DNA of 64,000 nt from a virus, in IMG/VR virus record IMGVR_UViG_3300024520_000055, positions 19,448 through 83,447 of that record; one strand, 5' to 3'. Below are positions 48,150 through 57,400 of this stretch, one piece after another; position 1 is the stretch's first letter, and the number at the start of each line of letters is the position of its first letter. The translations under genes and the position numbers were made by a program. Below the pieces are notes generated by a model. That model did not search any database and was not told the DNA's origin. It was given only the letters and a program-made list of their open reading frames with translations.

Positions 48150-49019
48150 TCAGGCGGCTCCTCGGCATCGGTCCCAGCCCGGGCACTTCCCTGGACGACA
48201 GCGCCAGGTATCCGGGCTGCAACGTGGGAAGTAACCGCGGGAGATTCCCATGGCGACATCCTTCACCAGTTGTTCCGCCCAACGTCCCTGCGAGGCCGTC
48301 TTGACGCCTCGGGCTTGGTAGACGTAGGGGGTCTTGGTTTTCACCAGGAGGTCGAACCGGGTTCGCGCGATTCCGTGCATCTGGGAATAGACCGCCGTCT
48401 GAAAATCGTTCTCGATCTTGTCTGCGGAATACTTCTGCCCGGATGTCTTGAAATCAACGATCTCGGTTTCGGGTGCAGGATTGATGGCGGCGCTGACATC
48501 AGGTTCCACGCCTGCGAACTCAGGCAGCCCCCCGTCAATCAGGTCGATGCGCCCCACAAGGGGGACAGAGTGGTCGATGATCTTGACAAACTCGACCTCC
48601 ACCTCCAGAGGCCTGACCAGGTGCATGACTTGCTGCCGGTACAGCCGCAAGAGGTAAAGCCCCTTGTCCTTGGCCTGCCCGGGGTCAATCCCGTCCCAGT
48701 CCTCGACGTCCTCCCCATTCTTCTCGAAGGAATCAGAGTACGCCGCCTCGTACGCTTCCACGGGCATCATGGTACCCGTCTTCTTGACGGTCAGAAAGGC
48801 AAGTTCCAGCGCCTTGTGCACAGCGCTCCCCAGGGCCAGTGCCCCGGCACGGGGGCTTGTGATCCCTACAACCCTGCGCAGGTAGAACAGTTGTGGGCAC
48901 GTCCAGTATTCGTTGATGCTGGACACGGAAAGGTAGAGATCGGGCAACTCGAACTGGCCCGTGAACTCCGGGTCCTGTTCGATTGCTTCGCGGACCTTCT
49001 GCTCCCAATATTCGCTCAC
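48150..49019 (-). CDS. PD-(D/E)XK (RecB/Cas4-like) nuclease
   Basis: 'LSVSSI...CP', 'GSAVHKALE', 'GRIDLID', 'DFKTS', 'Q...YS', C-terminal Cys cluster. Confidence 0.88.
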   Translation of the reverse strand: MSEYWEQKVREAIEQDPEFTGQFELPDLYLSVSSINEYWTCPQLFYLRRVVGITSPRAGALALGSAVHKALELAFLTVKKTGTMMPVEAYEAAYSDSFEKNGEDVEDWDGIDPGQAKDKGLYLLRLYRQQVMHLVRPLEVEVEFVKIIDHSVPLVGRIDLIDGGLPEFAGVEPDVSAAINPAPETEIVDFKTSGQKYSADKIENDFQTAVYSQMHGIARTRFDLLVKTKTPYVYQARGVKTASQGRWAEQLVKDVAMGISRGYFPRCSPDTWRCRPGKCPGWDRCRGAA

Positions 49020-49603
49020 TCGGCATCCTCCCGTTTCAGGACGACCGGTCTTCCAACCGGCCCTGGGTAATTGGCATAGGAACCGTCGGGGAGTTCCCCG
49101 TCAGCGTCAGGAGGCAGCCCGGCCTCTTCGTTCGCGGCTGCCATGATTTGTTTGAGCGCGGGGGGCAGGTCATCTTGCATCTCACGCTTGGCCATGTTCA
49201 TTGCCTGTCCACGCATCTCAGCCTCGCCTTTTCCGACGAGAGCAGGATCAGCAGGAATCGTGACTTCCAATGCCCCCTCGACCTTCGTGGATTTGGGCGC
49301 AGGGGGGGCTTCAGGCGCCGCCGCAGACGGGGCAGCAGCTACTACAGTCTCCACTCCCTCCATCTTCTCAACCATGATGGAGAGGCCGTGGCGATCCCAC
49401 TTTGCATCCCCCATGACCGCGTACCCCTGTGTCTCAGAGAGCCAACGCCCGATGGCGTCTTCCATAAAGCTCTCGCCAAAAGACAGGCGCACGATTTTAC
49501 CGCCCCGGGTGAAGGCGACTAGAGCTCGTTCTCCTTCATCTGCACCTACGTGCACGAGCGCTGCAAAGATCTCCGAGAGTCCAAGCTGAATAGTCACCTT
49601 CAT
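49016..49603 (-). CDS. Hypothetical protein
   Basis: AAGGGAG RBS before ATG 49603; overlaps the start of the next gene. Confidence 0.6.
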   Translation of the reverse strand: MKVTIQLGLSEIFAALVHVGADEGERALVAFTRGGKIVRLSFGESFMEDAIGRWLSETQGYAVMGDAKWDRHGLSIMVEKMEGVETVVAAAPSAAAPEAPPAPKSTKVEGALEVTIPADPALVGKGEAEMRGQAMNMAKREMQDDLPPALKQIMAAANEEAGLPPDADGELPDGSYANYPGPVGRPVVLKREDAE

Positions 49604-49617
49604 TTTAACTCTCCCTT

Positions 49618-51528
49618 TTACCCTAAATGAGGCAGAAAACGTGGCCGCGCCCGCACCTTTCCTGCCGCATCCATGAACTTGCACTTGGGGGTGAACGGTT
49701 CAATGCCGTCCACCAGACACATGAAGTTCTGTTCGCACAACACGCAGTTAACCTTGGCCGTCATGGACTCGCTGATGTCAATCTTGCGGTCCAGGTTGGC
49801 TACGATAATTTCCTCCACCGAGCCCTTGGTGAGATATCGAAACACAAACGCCTTGCGCTCCTGTCCGATGCGGTAGTTCCGGCCAAGGGACTGGATGTAG
49901 TGATCCAAGCGGTACGTCTGAGAGAAGTACATCATGTAGTCCGCTGCCGTCAGCGTGATCGATTCCCCTGTCGCAATCTGGGCAAGATACACCCGGCACT
50001 CCGGGTCCTCCTGGAAACGGTCCTCGCACGCCTTCGCTTTCTTGGCCGTCATGGACCCTTCAACGCGAACATAGTCCACTCCTGGGTGAACGATCTTGAT
50101 CATTTCCTTGATCATTTCTTCGAGAAGATTGAGTTCCTCCGTGAACGCCGCCCAGATAATTACCTTCGATGTCGGGTTCGTAAGGATCTCTTCCAGGTCC
50201 GCAGTCAAGGCCTCGATCTTTCCCGAGGCACCGCGGGTCCGTGCAATCTCTGTGGGAGGTGGCCCCCTGTTGATCTTGCACCGCTTCGTGTAGGGACGAA
50301 TCGGGATGTCTTCCTTTACGCAGTAATCCAGGTGGGCGCATCCGTTGCAAATGTCTTCCTTCAACGGGATGATGATGAAACCGGATAGCAACTGCTGGAG
50401 TTTCCAGATGATGATCGCGGCATTGCCTGGAACAACCTCTTTGCCTGCGATGACAGTCATCGCGTCGTCGATGAGCTGGTTGTAGTGCTTCCGAATGGAC
50501 CTCTCTGCAACCACGTTGCGGTCGATGAAGGTTCTCTCGGGGAGATCCAGGCACTCCTCCTGGCGATACTTCCGCGTCACTGGGCGAATAGAGCGGTTGA
50601 GCGCCTCCAGGTTCTTATAGCCGGTTACGATGTGGGGGTTGGATACCGCGTGCACGATGTGGGAGTTGATGAACTTGCGCCGGTTGCGCGTCAAGAGGAA
50701 CGGGGCCATCACTTGCATCTGGGCCCAGATGTGGAGGGGATCTCCGAGGGCCGGGGTTCCGGTCAACAGCACTCTGCGTCCTGTCGTGGCTGACAACATG
50801 AACGCCGACTTGTGGTTCCCGGACTGGGTGCGCCGGATCTTGTGTGACTCGTCACAGATGATTCCGCGCGCACGCAAGCGCGGCAGGTGGAGCGATAGGT
50901 TCTTCGCGCTCTCGTAGGTGGACACCAGGAACAACCAGTCATCCCGCTTGTCAATTGCCTCTTGGATGAGCGCTTCCTTCTTCTTGGGGCCTCCCTCGAT
51001 CACGACGCAGCCGTACTTTCCGTTGCCGTGCTTTTCCAGTTCGGGGCGCCACACGTGGAGGCCTGCTTTCGACACCAGCACGATCCACCGGAAACTCGGG
51101 GCGTCCATGTCGAGGATCTGCATCAGGTCGATCATGATCTTGGTTTTGCCCAGGCCCACCTCGGCGAAGATTCCGAAGCGCGGAGAGTAAAGCGCGTGAC
51201 AAAGCGCTTCTCGCTGGTGGTCCATCGGCTCTGTGCGGAACTTGTAGTCGTTGGGGATGTGCTGCTCTTCCACGAGCTTGGGTACACGCTCCAGGTAGGC
51301 AAGGCACTTCTTTGCGTCTTGGCTCAGGACCAAGCGTTCCTTGAACAGGAGCTTCAGGTCCTCCACGACGCGCTGTCCGAAAGGATGAAACGCGGGGAAC
51401 ACCCACTCGCCCCAGTGTCGTGCGAGGGTGGCCCCATACGCACGCGCGGGCTCCGGACTATTAAAGGGCAACGTGAATATGGGGACCGTGTTGTGAAAAC
51501 GGACTTGGAGTAGAACAGAGTCAGACAC
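49618..51528 (-). CDS. SNF2-family (SF2) helicase
   Basis: 'HQRE', 'EVGLGKT', 'DESH', 'LTGTP', 'GESITLTAA', 'QSLGRNYRIGQ'. Confidence 0.92.
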   Translation of the reverse strand: MSDSVLLQVRFHNTVPIFTLPFNSPEPARAYGATLARHWGEWVFPAFHPFGQRVVEDLKLLFKERLVLSQDAKKCLAYLERVPKLVEEQHIPNDYKFRTEPMDHQREALCHALYSPRFGIFAEVGLGKTKIMIDLMQILDMDAPSFRWIVLVSKAGLHVWRPELEKHGNGKYGCVVIEGGPKKKEALIQEAIDKRDDWLFLVSTYESAKNLSLHLPRLRARGIICDESHKIRRTQSGNHKSAFMLSATTGRRVLLTGTPALGDPLHIWAQMQVMAPFLLTRNRRKFINSHIVHAVSNPHIVTGYKNLEALNRSIRPVTRKYRQEECLDLPERTFIDRNVVAERSIRKHYNQLIDDAMTVIAGKEVVPGNAAIIIWKLQQLLSGFIIIPLKEDICNGCAHLDYCVKEDIPIRPYTKRCKINRGPPPTEIARTRGASGKIEALTADLEEILTNPTSKVIIWAAFTEELNLLEEMIKEMIKIVHPGVDYVRVEGSMTAKKAKACEDRFQEDPECRVYLAQIATGESITLTAADYMMYFSQTYRLDHYIQSLGRNYRIGQERKAFVFRYLTKGSVEEIIVANLDRKIDISESMTAKVNCVLCEQNFMCLVDGIEPFTPKCKFMDAAGKVRARPRFLPHLG

Positions 51529-51643
51529 TATAATTTCTCCAGTCGTCGCTAAAACGACTTTGGCCGCCGTTGGCGGACAATTTGGTTGCCATATTGCACG
51601 AGCTGGGGCAAGATGGCAAGCGTCAACGTTCAGGGAGGCTTAG

Positions 51644-53437
51644 ATGAGCAGCGGGTGGTCTTTCGGAGTGGGCGCGGGTACCGGATTTGGCGGGGGACTG
51701 AATCAGGACTCGGCCGCACACCACAACCCAATGCTCGATTACTTGCAGGGGTTTCAGGCGCGCGACCTGAAGACCTTGTTCCTGTGGTGCGAGTATCTGT
51801 TCTACCAATCCCCCCACATCTTCGCGGCGACCCGGAAGTTCTCCGAGTATCCCATCACGGAGATTACCTACAAGACCAAGAGCACCAAGCTCAAGGACAG
51901 GTACGAAGGAGTCCTCGAACACATCCTCTACATCAAGGCTGTCCTACAGCGCGCCGCGATGGACCGGCAGGTCTACGGAAACTATCTGGCCTCTCCCTAT
52001 TTCCCCTTCCAGCGTTTTCTCTGCTGCCCCCGTTGCGGGGCAAAAACAAATATCGAGAAGGTCGACTATCAGTACCGCTGGCAGTCGATCGCGTTCGACT
52101 ACATCTGCCCTTCATGCGACACCAAGGTTGTGGGCGCCAAGGCGGAAGACCAGGACGTCCTCGACGTCGCTCGCTTCAACATCATTCGCTGGGATCCGAA
52201 GTACATCGACATCGACTACAACCCGCTGTCGGGCGAGTCCATTTACTTCTACACCATCCCGGGCCACATCAAGGATTCCATCAAGAAGGGCAACAAGCTC
52301 CTCATCAACACAACGCCGATGTCCTTCCTGGAGTGCATCAAGGAAGGAATGCTGCACCGGTTCCACAAGAACCGCATCTTCCACATGAAGACCAGGGCCC
52401 CTGCGGGCATCACGATGGCGTGGGGCATGCCTCCCATCGTGGCCACGCTGCGGCAGTTCTTCTACACAGCGATCTTGCGCAAGGCCAACGAAGCCATCGC
52501 TTTCGAATATCTGATTCCTTTCAGGGTCATTTCCCCTGGGATGAACACACCGAATGCGGACCCTGCCATCACGATGCAGATGTCCAAGTTCATGAACAAC
52601 TTCAAGGACGAGTTCAAGAAGTGGCGCAAGGACCCGCTGCACCTGATGTTCGCCCCGTTCAAGGTGGAGGCTACCTACGTTGGCGGTCAAGGGCGCACGC
52701 TGATGACCATCGCCGAGATCCAGGAAGCGGAGAACAACATCATTGCCGCACAGGGCATCCCGCGTGAGTTCCTCTTCGGAGGCCTCTCGTTCACCGGCTC
52801 CGCCATCACTTTGCGCATCCTCGAGAATCAGTTGCAGAATGATACCGCCGACCTCAACAAGCTGCTCCAGCAGATCGCAGACTGGATTGCGCAGTACTTC
52901 CGTTGGCGGCGCATCACTCTGGAGATGGTGCCGTTCAAGCTGATCGACGATGTTCAGCAGAAACAACTTCTGCTCATGCTCGCGCAGGGGGCTACGGGAC
53001 AACCCGTTGTGTCGAACACAACCCTGCTCGATTCCTTCGGCAAGGACATCGACGAGGAGCGCAAGCTCCGCAACAAGGAACTGCTGGAAGAGATGCGGGC
53101 GCAGATGGATCTCGAGATCCAGATGACCGAACTTCAGAACAACCTTGCCCTCGGCGCACAGCAGAACGCAGCGCAGGGACAGGCCGGGGGCGGCGTAGGA
53201 TCATACGACCAGCAAGCCATCATCGCTGAAGCCGATGCGATGGTGCAGGAACTCGTGATGATGGACCCGGGGCAAAAGCAAAGCATCCTCGACGGACTCG
53301 TGGCCGAAGACGCTGTCTTCCACGCGGTCGTGGTGCAGCGCCTTCAACAGGCTCAACAAAACCTGACGGCCCAGGCTAAGGCCGAGGTGACGGGACAGGG
53401 GGGCGGCGCTGCTCCCCCGCCCCAGGAGGGAATGTAA
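51644..53437 (+). CDS. Portal protein with a C4 Zn-ribbon insertion
   Basis: 'DRQVYGN', 'IFHMK...WGMPPI', 'IIAAQGIPREFL' portal-type motifs; CPRC...CPSC; Gln-rich tail; terminase in the same window. Confidence 0.75.
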   Translation: MSSGWSFGVGAGTGFGGGLNQDSAAHHNPMLDYLQGFQARDLKTLFLWCEYLFYQSPHIFAATRKFSEYPITEITYKTKSTKLKDRYEGVLEHILYIKAVLQRAAMDRQVYGNYLASPYFPFQRFLCCPRCGAKTNIEKVDYQYRWQSIAFDYICPSCDTKVVGAKAEDQDVLDVARFNIIRWDPKYIDIDYNPLSGESIYFYTIPGHIKDSIKKGNKLLINTTPMSFLECIKEGMLHRFHKNRIFHMKTRAPAGITMAWGMPPIVATLRQFFYTAILRKANEAIAFEYLIPFRVISPGMNTPNADPAITMQMSKFMNNFKDEFKKWRKDPLHLMFAPFKVEATYVGGQGRTLMTIAEIQEAENNIIAAQGIPREFLFGGLSFTGSAITLRILENQLQNDTADLNKLLQQIADWIAQYFRWRRITLEMVPFKLIDDVQQKQLLLMLAQGATGQPVVSNTTLLDSFGKDIDEERKLRNKELLEEMRAQMDLEIQMTELQNNLALGAQQNAAQGQAGGGVGSYDQQAIIAEADAMVQELVMMDPGQKQSILDGLVAEDAVFHAVVVQRLQQAQQNLTAQAKAEVTGQGGGAAPPPQEGM

Positions 53438-53956
53438 ATGGGCGCCAATGACAGTGACCGCGCTCCGGACGGCTTCGCGGCCTTTCTCGGCTCTGCGGCA
53501 GAACTCGGGGCAAGAGTGGGATTCGATACTCCCCTGATGTCCATGATGCCGCGCGAAGCATCCATTCCCTTTGACTCGGAGAAGGGGGCCTACGATCAAA
53601 CCGTGAAGGCTCCTGTCCAGAAGTTCCGCGTCAAGCGCTTCCGCATCGGGCCCGAAGAGGCCGAATGCGATGCGCTGAACGATCTCCTCGACAAGATTTC
53701 AAACAACGACAACTGGTTCCTGCGCAATCAGCGGGAACAGATCATGAACGACGGCTCGATTGTCGTCCTCCTTTCGTACATGATCGTCGAGATGGTGGAA
53801 AAGAAAAAGCTCAAGCTCGCCTCGGAAGAAGAGGCCCAAGCCGAGGCTGATGCAGAGGCAGAGGGCGACCAAAACGAGGCCTCTCCCCCCGACAAGGGAG
53901 AAGAGGCCCCCGAGGTGGGAGCGACCGACGACGACGCGCCAGCCGCGTCAGACTGA
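53438..53956 (+). CDS. Hypothetical acidic protein
   Basis: Abuts the portal stop; GGAGG RBS; acidic tail. Confidence 0.6.
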   Translation: MGANDSDRAPDGFAAFLGSAAELGARVGFDTPLMSMMPREASIPFDSEKGAYDQTVKAPVQKFRVKRFRIGPEEAECDALNDLLDKISNNDNWFLRNQREQIMNDGSIVVLLSYMIVEMVEKKKLKLASEEEAQAEADAEAEGDQNEASPPDKGEEAPEVGATDDDAPAASD

Positions 53957-54021
53957 ATCTGTGTTGCGGGTACTCAGTACCTAGCAGTCGTCATCGATCT
54001 CGTCGATCTCCATGGTGCCTC

Positions 54022-54381
54022 TCACGCGAAGGTAACGCTGTCCTTCTTGGGTGCGCTGTCCTTCGCCAGCGGGGAGTCGAAGCATGCGTCTAGCAAACTC
54101 CCCAGGTTATGTTCTGTGTCCCCGACACACACGATGAGACAATCGCGTGCGCGTCGATGTGGACGGTCCTTGCCCTCGGCCTCGAATCCGGCCACCAGGC
54201 GGAAGTATTCGGTCTTCAGATCTTCGGCACGGAAAGACTCACCGTTCCACGCGGGCTCCAATCCCGAGTGCTTCAACTCGGGCTCGGTTTCGGTCAGCCC
54301 TCGGGCTGACTCTCTCACCTTTTCGAACTCTTCTTGCAGGTCCAACTTGAGATATCCTCCTTTCGGTAACGGACCACTCAA
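54022..54381 (-). CDS. Hypothetical protein
   Basis: AAGGA RBS before TTG; 119 aa; fills the gap between + strand genes. Confidence 0.5.
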   Translation of the reverse strand: MSGPLPKGGYLKLDLQEEFEKVRESARGLTETEPELKHSGLEPAWNGESFRAEDLKTEYFRLVAGFEAEGKDRPHRRARDCLIVCVGDTEHNLGSLLDACFDSPLAKDSAPKKDSVTFA

Positions 54382-54423
54382 TTCCTTTTACCATTCTGCA
54401 CCTCCGGGTTACGATGGGGAGCC

Positions 54424-57400
54424 ATGAGCGACGGAATCTACCCAATCCTGGCGCGTCCCAAAGAACGCCAGGAACGAATCAGAGAGCAGGCCCTTGCAGG
54501 CCTTCGTGACGTGTTCCCGATGCAACTTGATCGGCACACGCTCGAACTCGAGGACGCCCAGCTGAAAGAGCAATCATTCAGCCCCTCCCAGCAAAAGAAA
54601 GCCATCTTGAGTGGGGGGAACCTTTTCGAATCCGTCCAGGCCAAGCTGGCATTGCGCAACGCCGACGGAAAGGTCGTTGATCGCATCAAGACCAACGTGC
54701 TGCACCTTCCGTATCTGACACCACGCGGCACGTTCGTCGTCAAGGGCACCGAATACGAGATCCCGAACCAGCTCCGGTTTCGCCCCGGAGTCTACACGCG
54801 ACACCGCGTCAACGGAGACCTGGAAGCCTGGTTCAACCGCTCGCGGGGAGCAAATTTCCGCGTTGCAATGGACCCCTCCACGAGCCATTTCGGCATGGAG
54901 CTCGGTGCCACGCGCATTCCGCTCTACCCCGTGCTGAAGGGGCTAGGCATCCCAGACAAGGAAATCCAGAACCAGTGGGGGAAGGAAATCCTGTCCCAGA
55001 ACCAGGACTGGGCCGGAAGCGACAAGGCGGTAAACACCGCCATCGGACGCCTCTACAAAAAGCTCACGCCAGCCCACGCACAGACTGCGAAATCCTTGGA
55101 GCAGCGACAAGCCGCAATCCGCGAGCACCTGTCAATGGACTCTCTGGACTCTGAAGTAATGCGCACGACACTGGGGACTCCTACGCGCACAGCAGATCCT
55201 GCCACGGTACTCCAGGCCTCTGGGAAGCTCCTCCGCGTTTTCAAGGGAGAGGCCGAGCCGGACGACAGAACTAGCACGCCATTCTTGAGCATCCACAGCG
55301 CGGATGACTTCTTCCGCGAGCGCATGAATCTCGACGCGCGTGCTTTACGTCGTAAACTCGCGATGAAGCTGCGACACAAAGGCACCTCTCTCGACAAGGT
55401 CGTGCCCCCCGGAATGTTCACCCGGGGCCTGCGCAACTTCATCACGACATCCGCGCTTTCGGCCAACCCCACGCAGATCAATCCGATCGAGATGATCGAC
55501 CACGCCAGCAAGATCACGTTCCTGGGTGAAGGTGGAATCGCAGACGATCGGGCCGTCCCGCCTGAGACACGTCGCGTACATTGGTCCCAGGTCGGAATCA
55601 TCGACCCCATCCGAACACCCGAGAGCTTCAACATCGGGATCGACGTTCGTGCTGCGGTCCGGGCAGGGCGTGACCAGGACGGACGTCTCTACGCTCGCCT
55701 GCTGGACGATCGAGGAAACCAAACCTGGGTTCCGGCAACGGCGCTCCCAGGGAAGAACATCGCATTCCCCAACCAACCGGACCGTGGTCGCGTCGACGTG
55801 TTGAACACCGGGGAGATCCGCCGAGTGCCTGTAGCTCAGGTCGATTACCGTGTCCCCTCGGGGGCACATTTGCATGGGGTCGCCTCGAACCTCGTTCCGT
55901 TCGTTGAGAGTTCCCAAGGCAACCGGCTTCTGATGGGCGCCAAGATGGCGACACAGGCCGTTCCCCTTGTCGAGCGCGAAGTGCCACTCATCCAGGTCGG
56001 AGAGCGCAGAGAGGATCGTTCTTTCGAAGACCAGTTCGGGCGCATGGTAGTCCCCACGTCTCCTGTGGAGGGCCGCGTTGCCAAGATTGACAAGGACTTC
56101 ATCTACATTCGGCCTGCGCGGGTGAAGAAAGCAGCCTACATCGAAAAGCGTGCCTGGGGAGTCGTCAAGTACCGCCAATTCAAACACATCCGCATCGCCA
56201 TCGAGAACCCCAAAGACTCAACGCGCTCCGGCGTGGATACAGACGGCCACAAGTGGTCGCAGAAAATGAGAGACGACTACGGTTACATCCCCGGAACAAC
56301 CACGTCTGCCGACAAAGAAGGGCTGGACGCTTTCGTAGGAACAGATCTTTCGTCCACGCACGTATTCGTCATTCACCAGCTTGACGGGCACGGGGACTTC
56401 GATGAGCTGAAGGTGATGATCGGGTACCCGAACGAGCGGACGGCGAAGGCGCACTATCTGCACAACTACGACAAGACCTGGGGCGAGCATCGCATCAAGC
56501 AGATCGACAAGTTTACAAACGAGGAGTTCCGTGACCGCTACATCCCGGAGTTCAAGAAGGCGGCGGCGTCGCAGCGGGATCTGATCCGTGTTCCCTACGA
56601 CACGAATTTCCCGCTCTCCTCGAAGACGTTCCTCCAAAACGATCTCTCTGTGAAGGTGGGAGACAAGGTCAAAGCGCGGCAGCCCCTGGCCGAGTCCAAT
56701 TTCACTCGGGGAAGCACCCTGGCTCTTGGCAAGAATCTGGACGTCGGCTACATGCCCTACCGCGGCCTGAACTCCAACGACGCCGTCGTGGTGTCTGAAG
56801 GCGCCGCGAAAAAGATGACGTCGAGCCACATGTATCAGAAGCGGTACTTGCCCGACGTCGACTCCATTCCCGGGCGCAAGCTGCACGAAACATACTTTGG
56901 GAACAAGTACACCAAGGACCAGTACAAGAACTTGAACTCCAAGGGCGTTGCGCGGCCGGGTAGTCTCGTGGTGCATGGTGACCCCATCATCGTAGGGGTA
57001 CGCAAAACAAAGCCCACGGCGGAAGCACAGATCCTGGGGCGCTTCCACAAGTCCCTGGTGAAGCCCTACGCTGAGGAAGCGATCACCTGGGACCACGAGG
57101 AGCCTGGAGAAATCATCGACGTTGTGCAGCAGCCCAATGGGCGCACCGCTGTCACAGTGAAGATGAATGCTCCGGTCCAAATCGGTGACAAGCTCTCCAA
57201 TCGCTACGGGGGCAAGGGCGTCGTTTCCGCCATCATCCCCAATGAACAGATGGTGCGGCGCCCTGACGGCAAGCCAGTGGATCTTCTGTGGTCGGGACCA
57301 GTGCTGATCAGTCGCATCAATCCTGCCCAGATCATCGAGACGGCCGCCGCCAAGGTCGCCAAGAAGCTGGGCAAGCCCATTCGCGTTCGCCCCTATGCTG

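Noticed and set aside
56125-56568. Intein in RNAP beta
   Set aside because: No C/S...HN-C/S/T splice junctions or LAGLIDADG motifs; the insertion matches a PPase-like domain.
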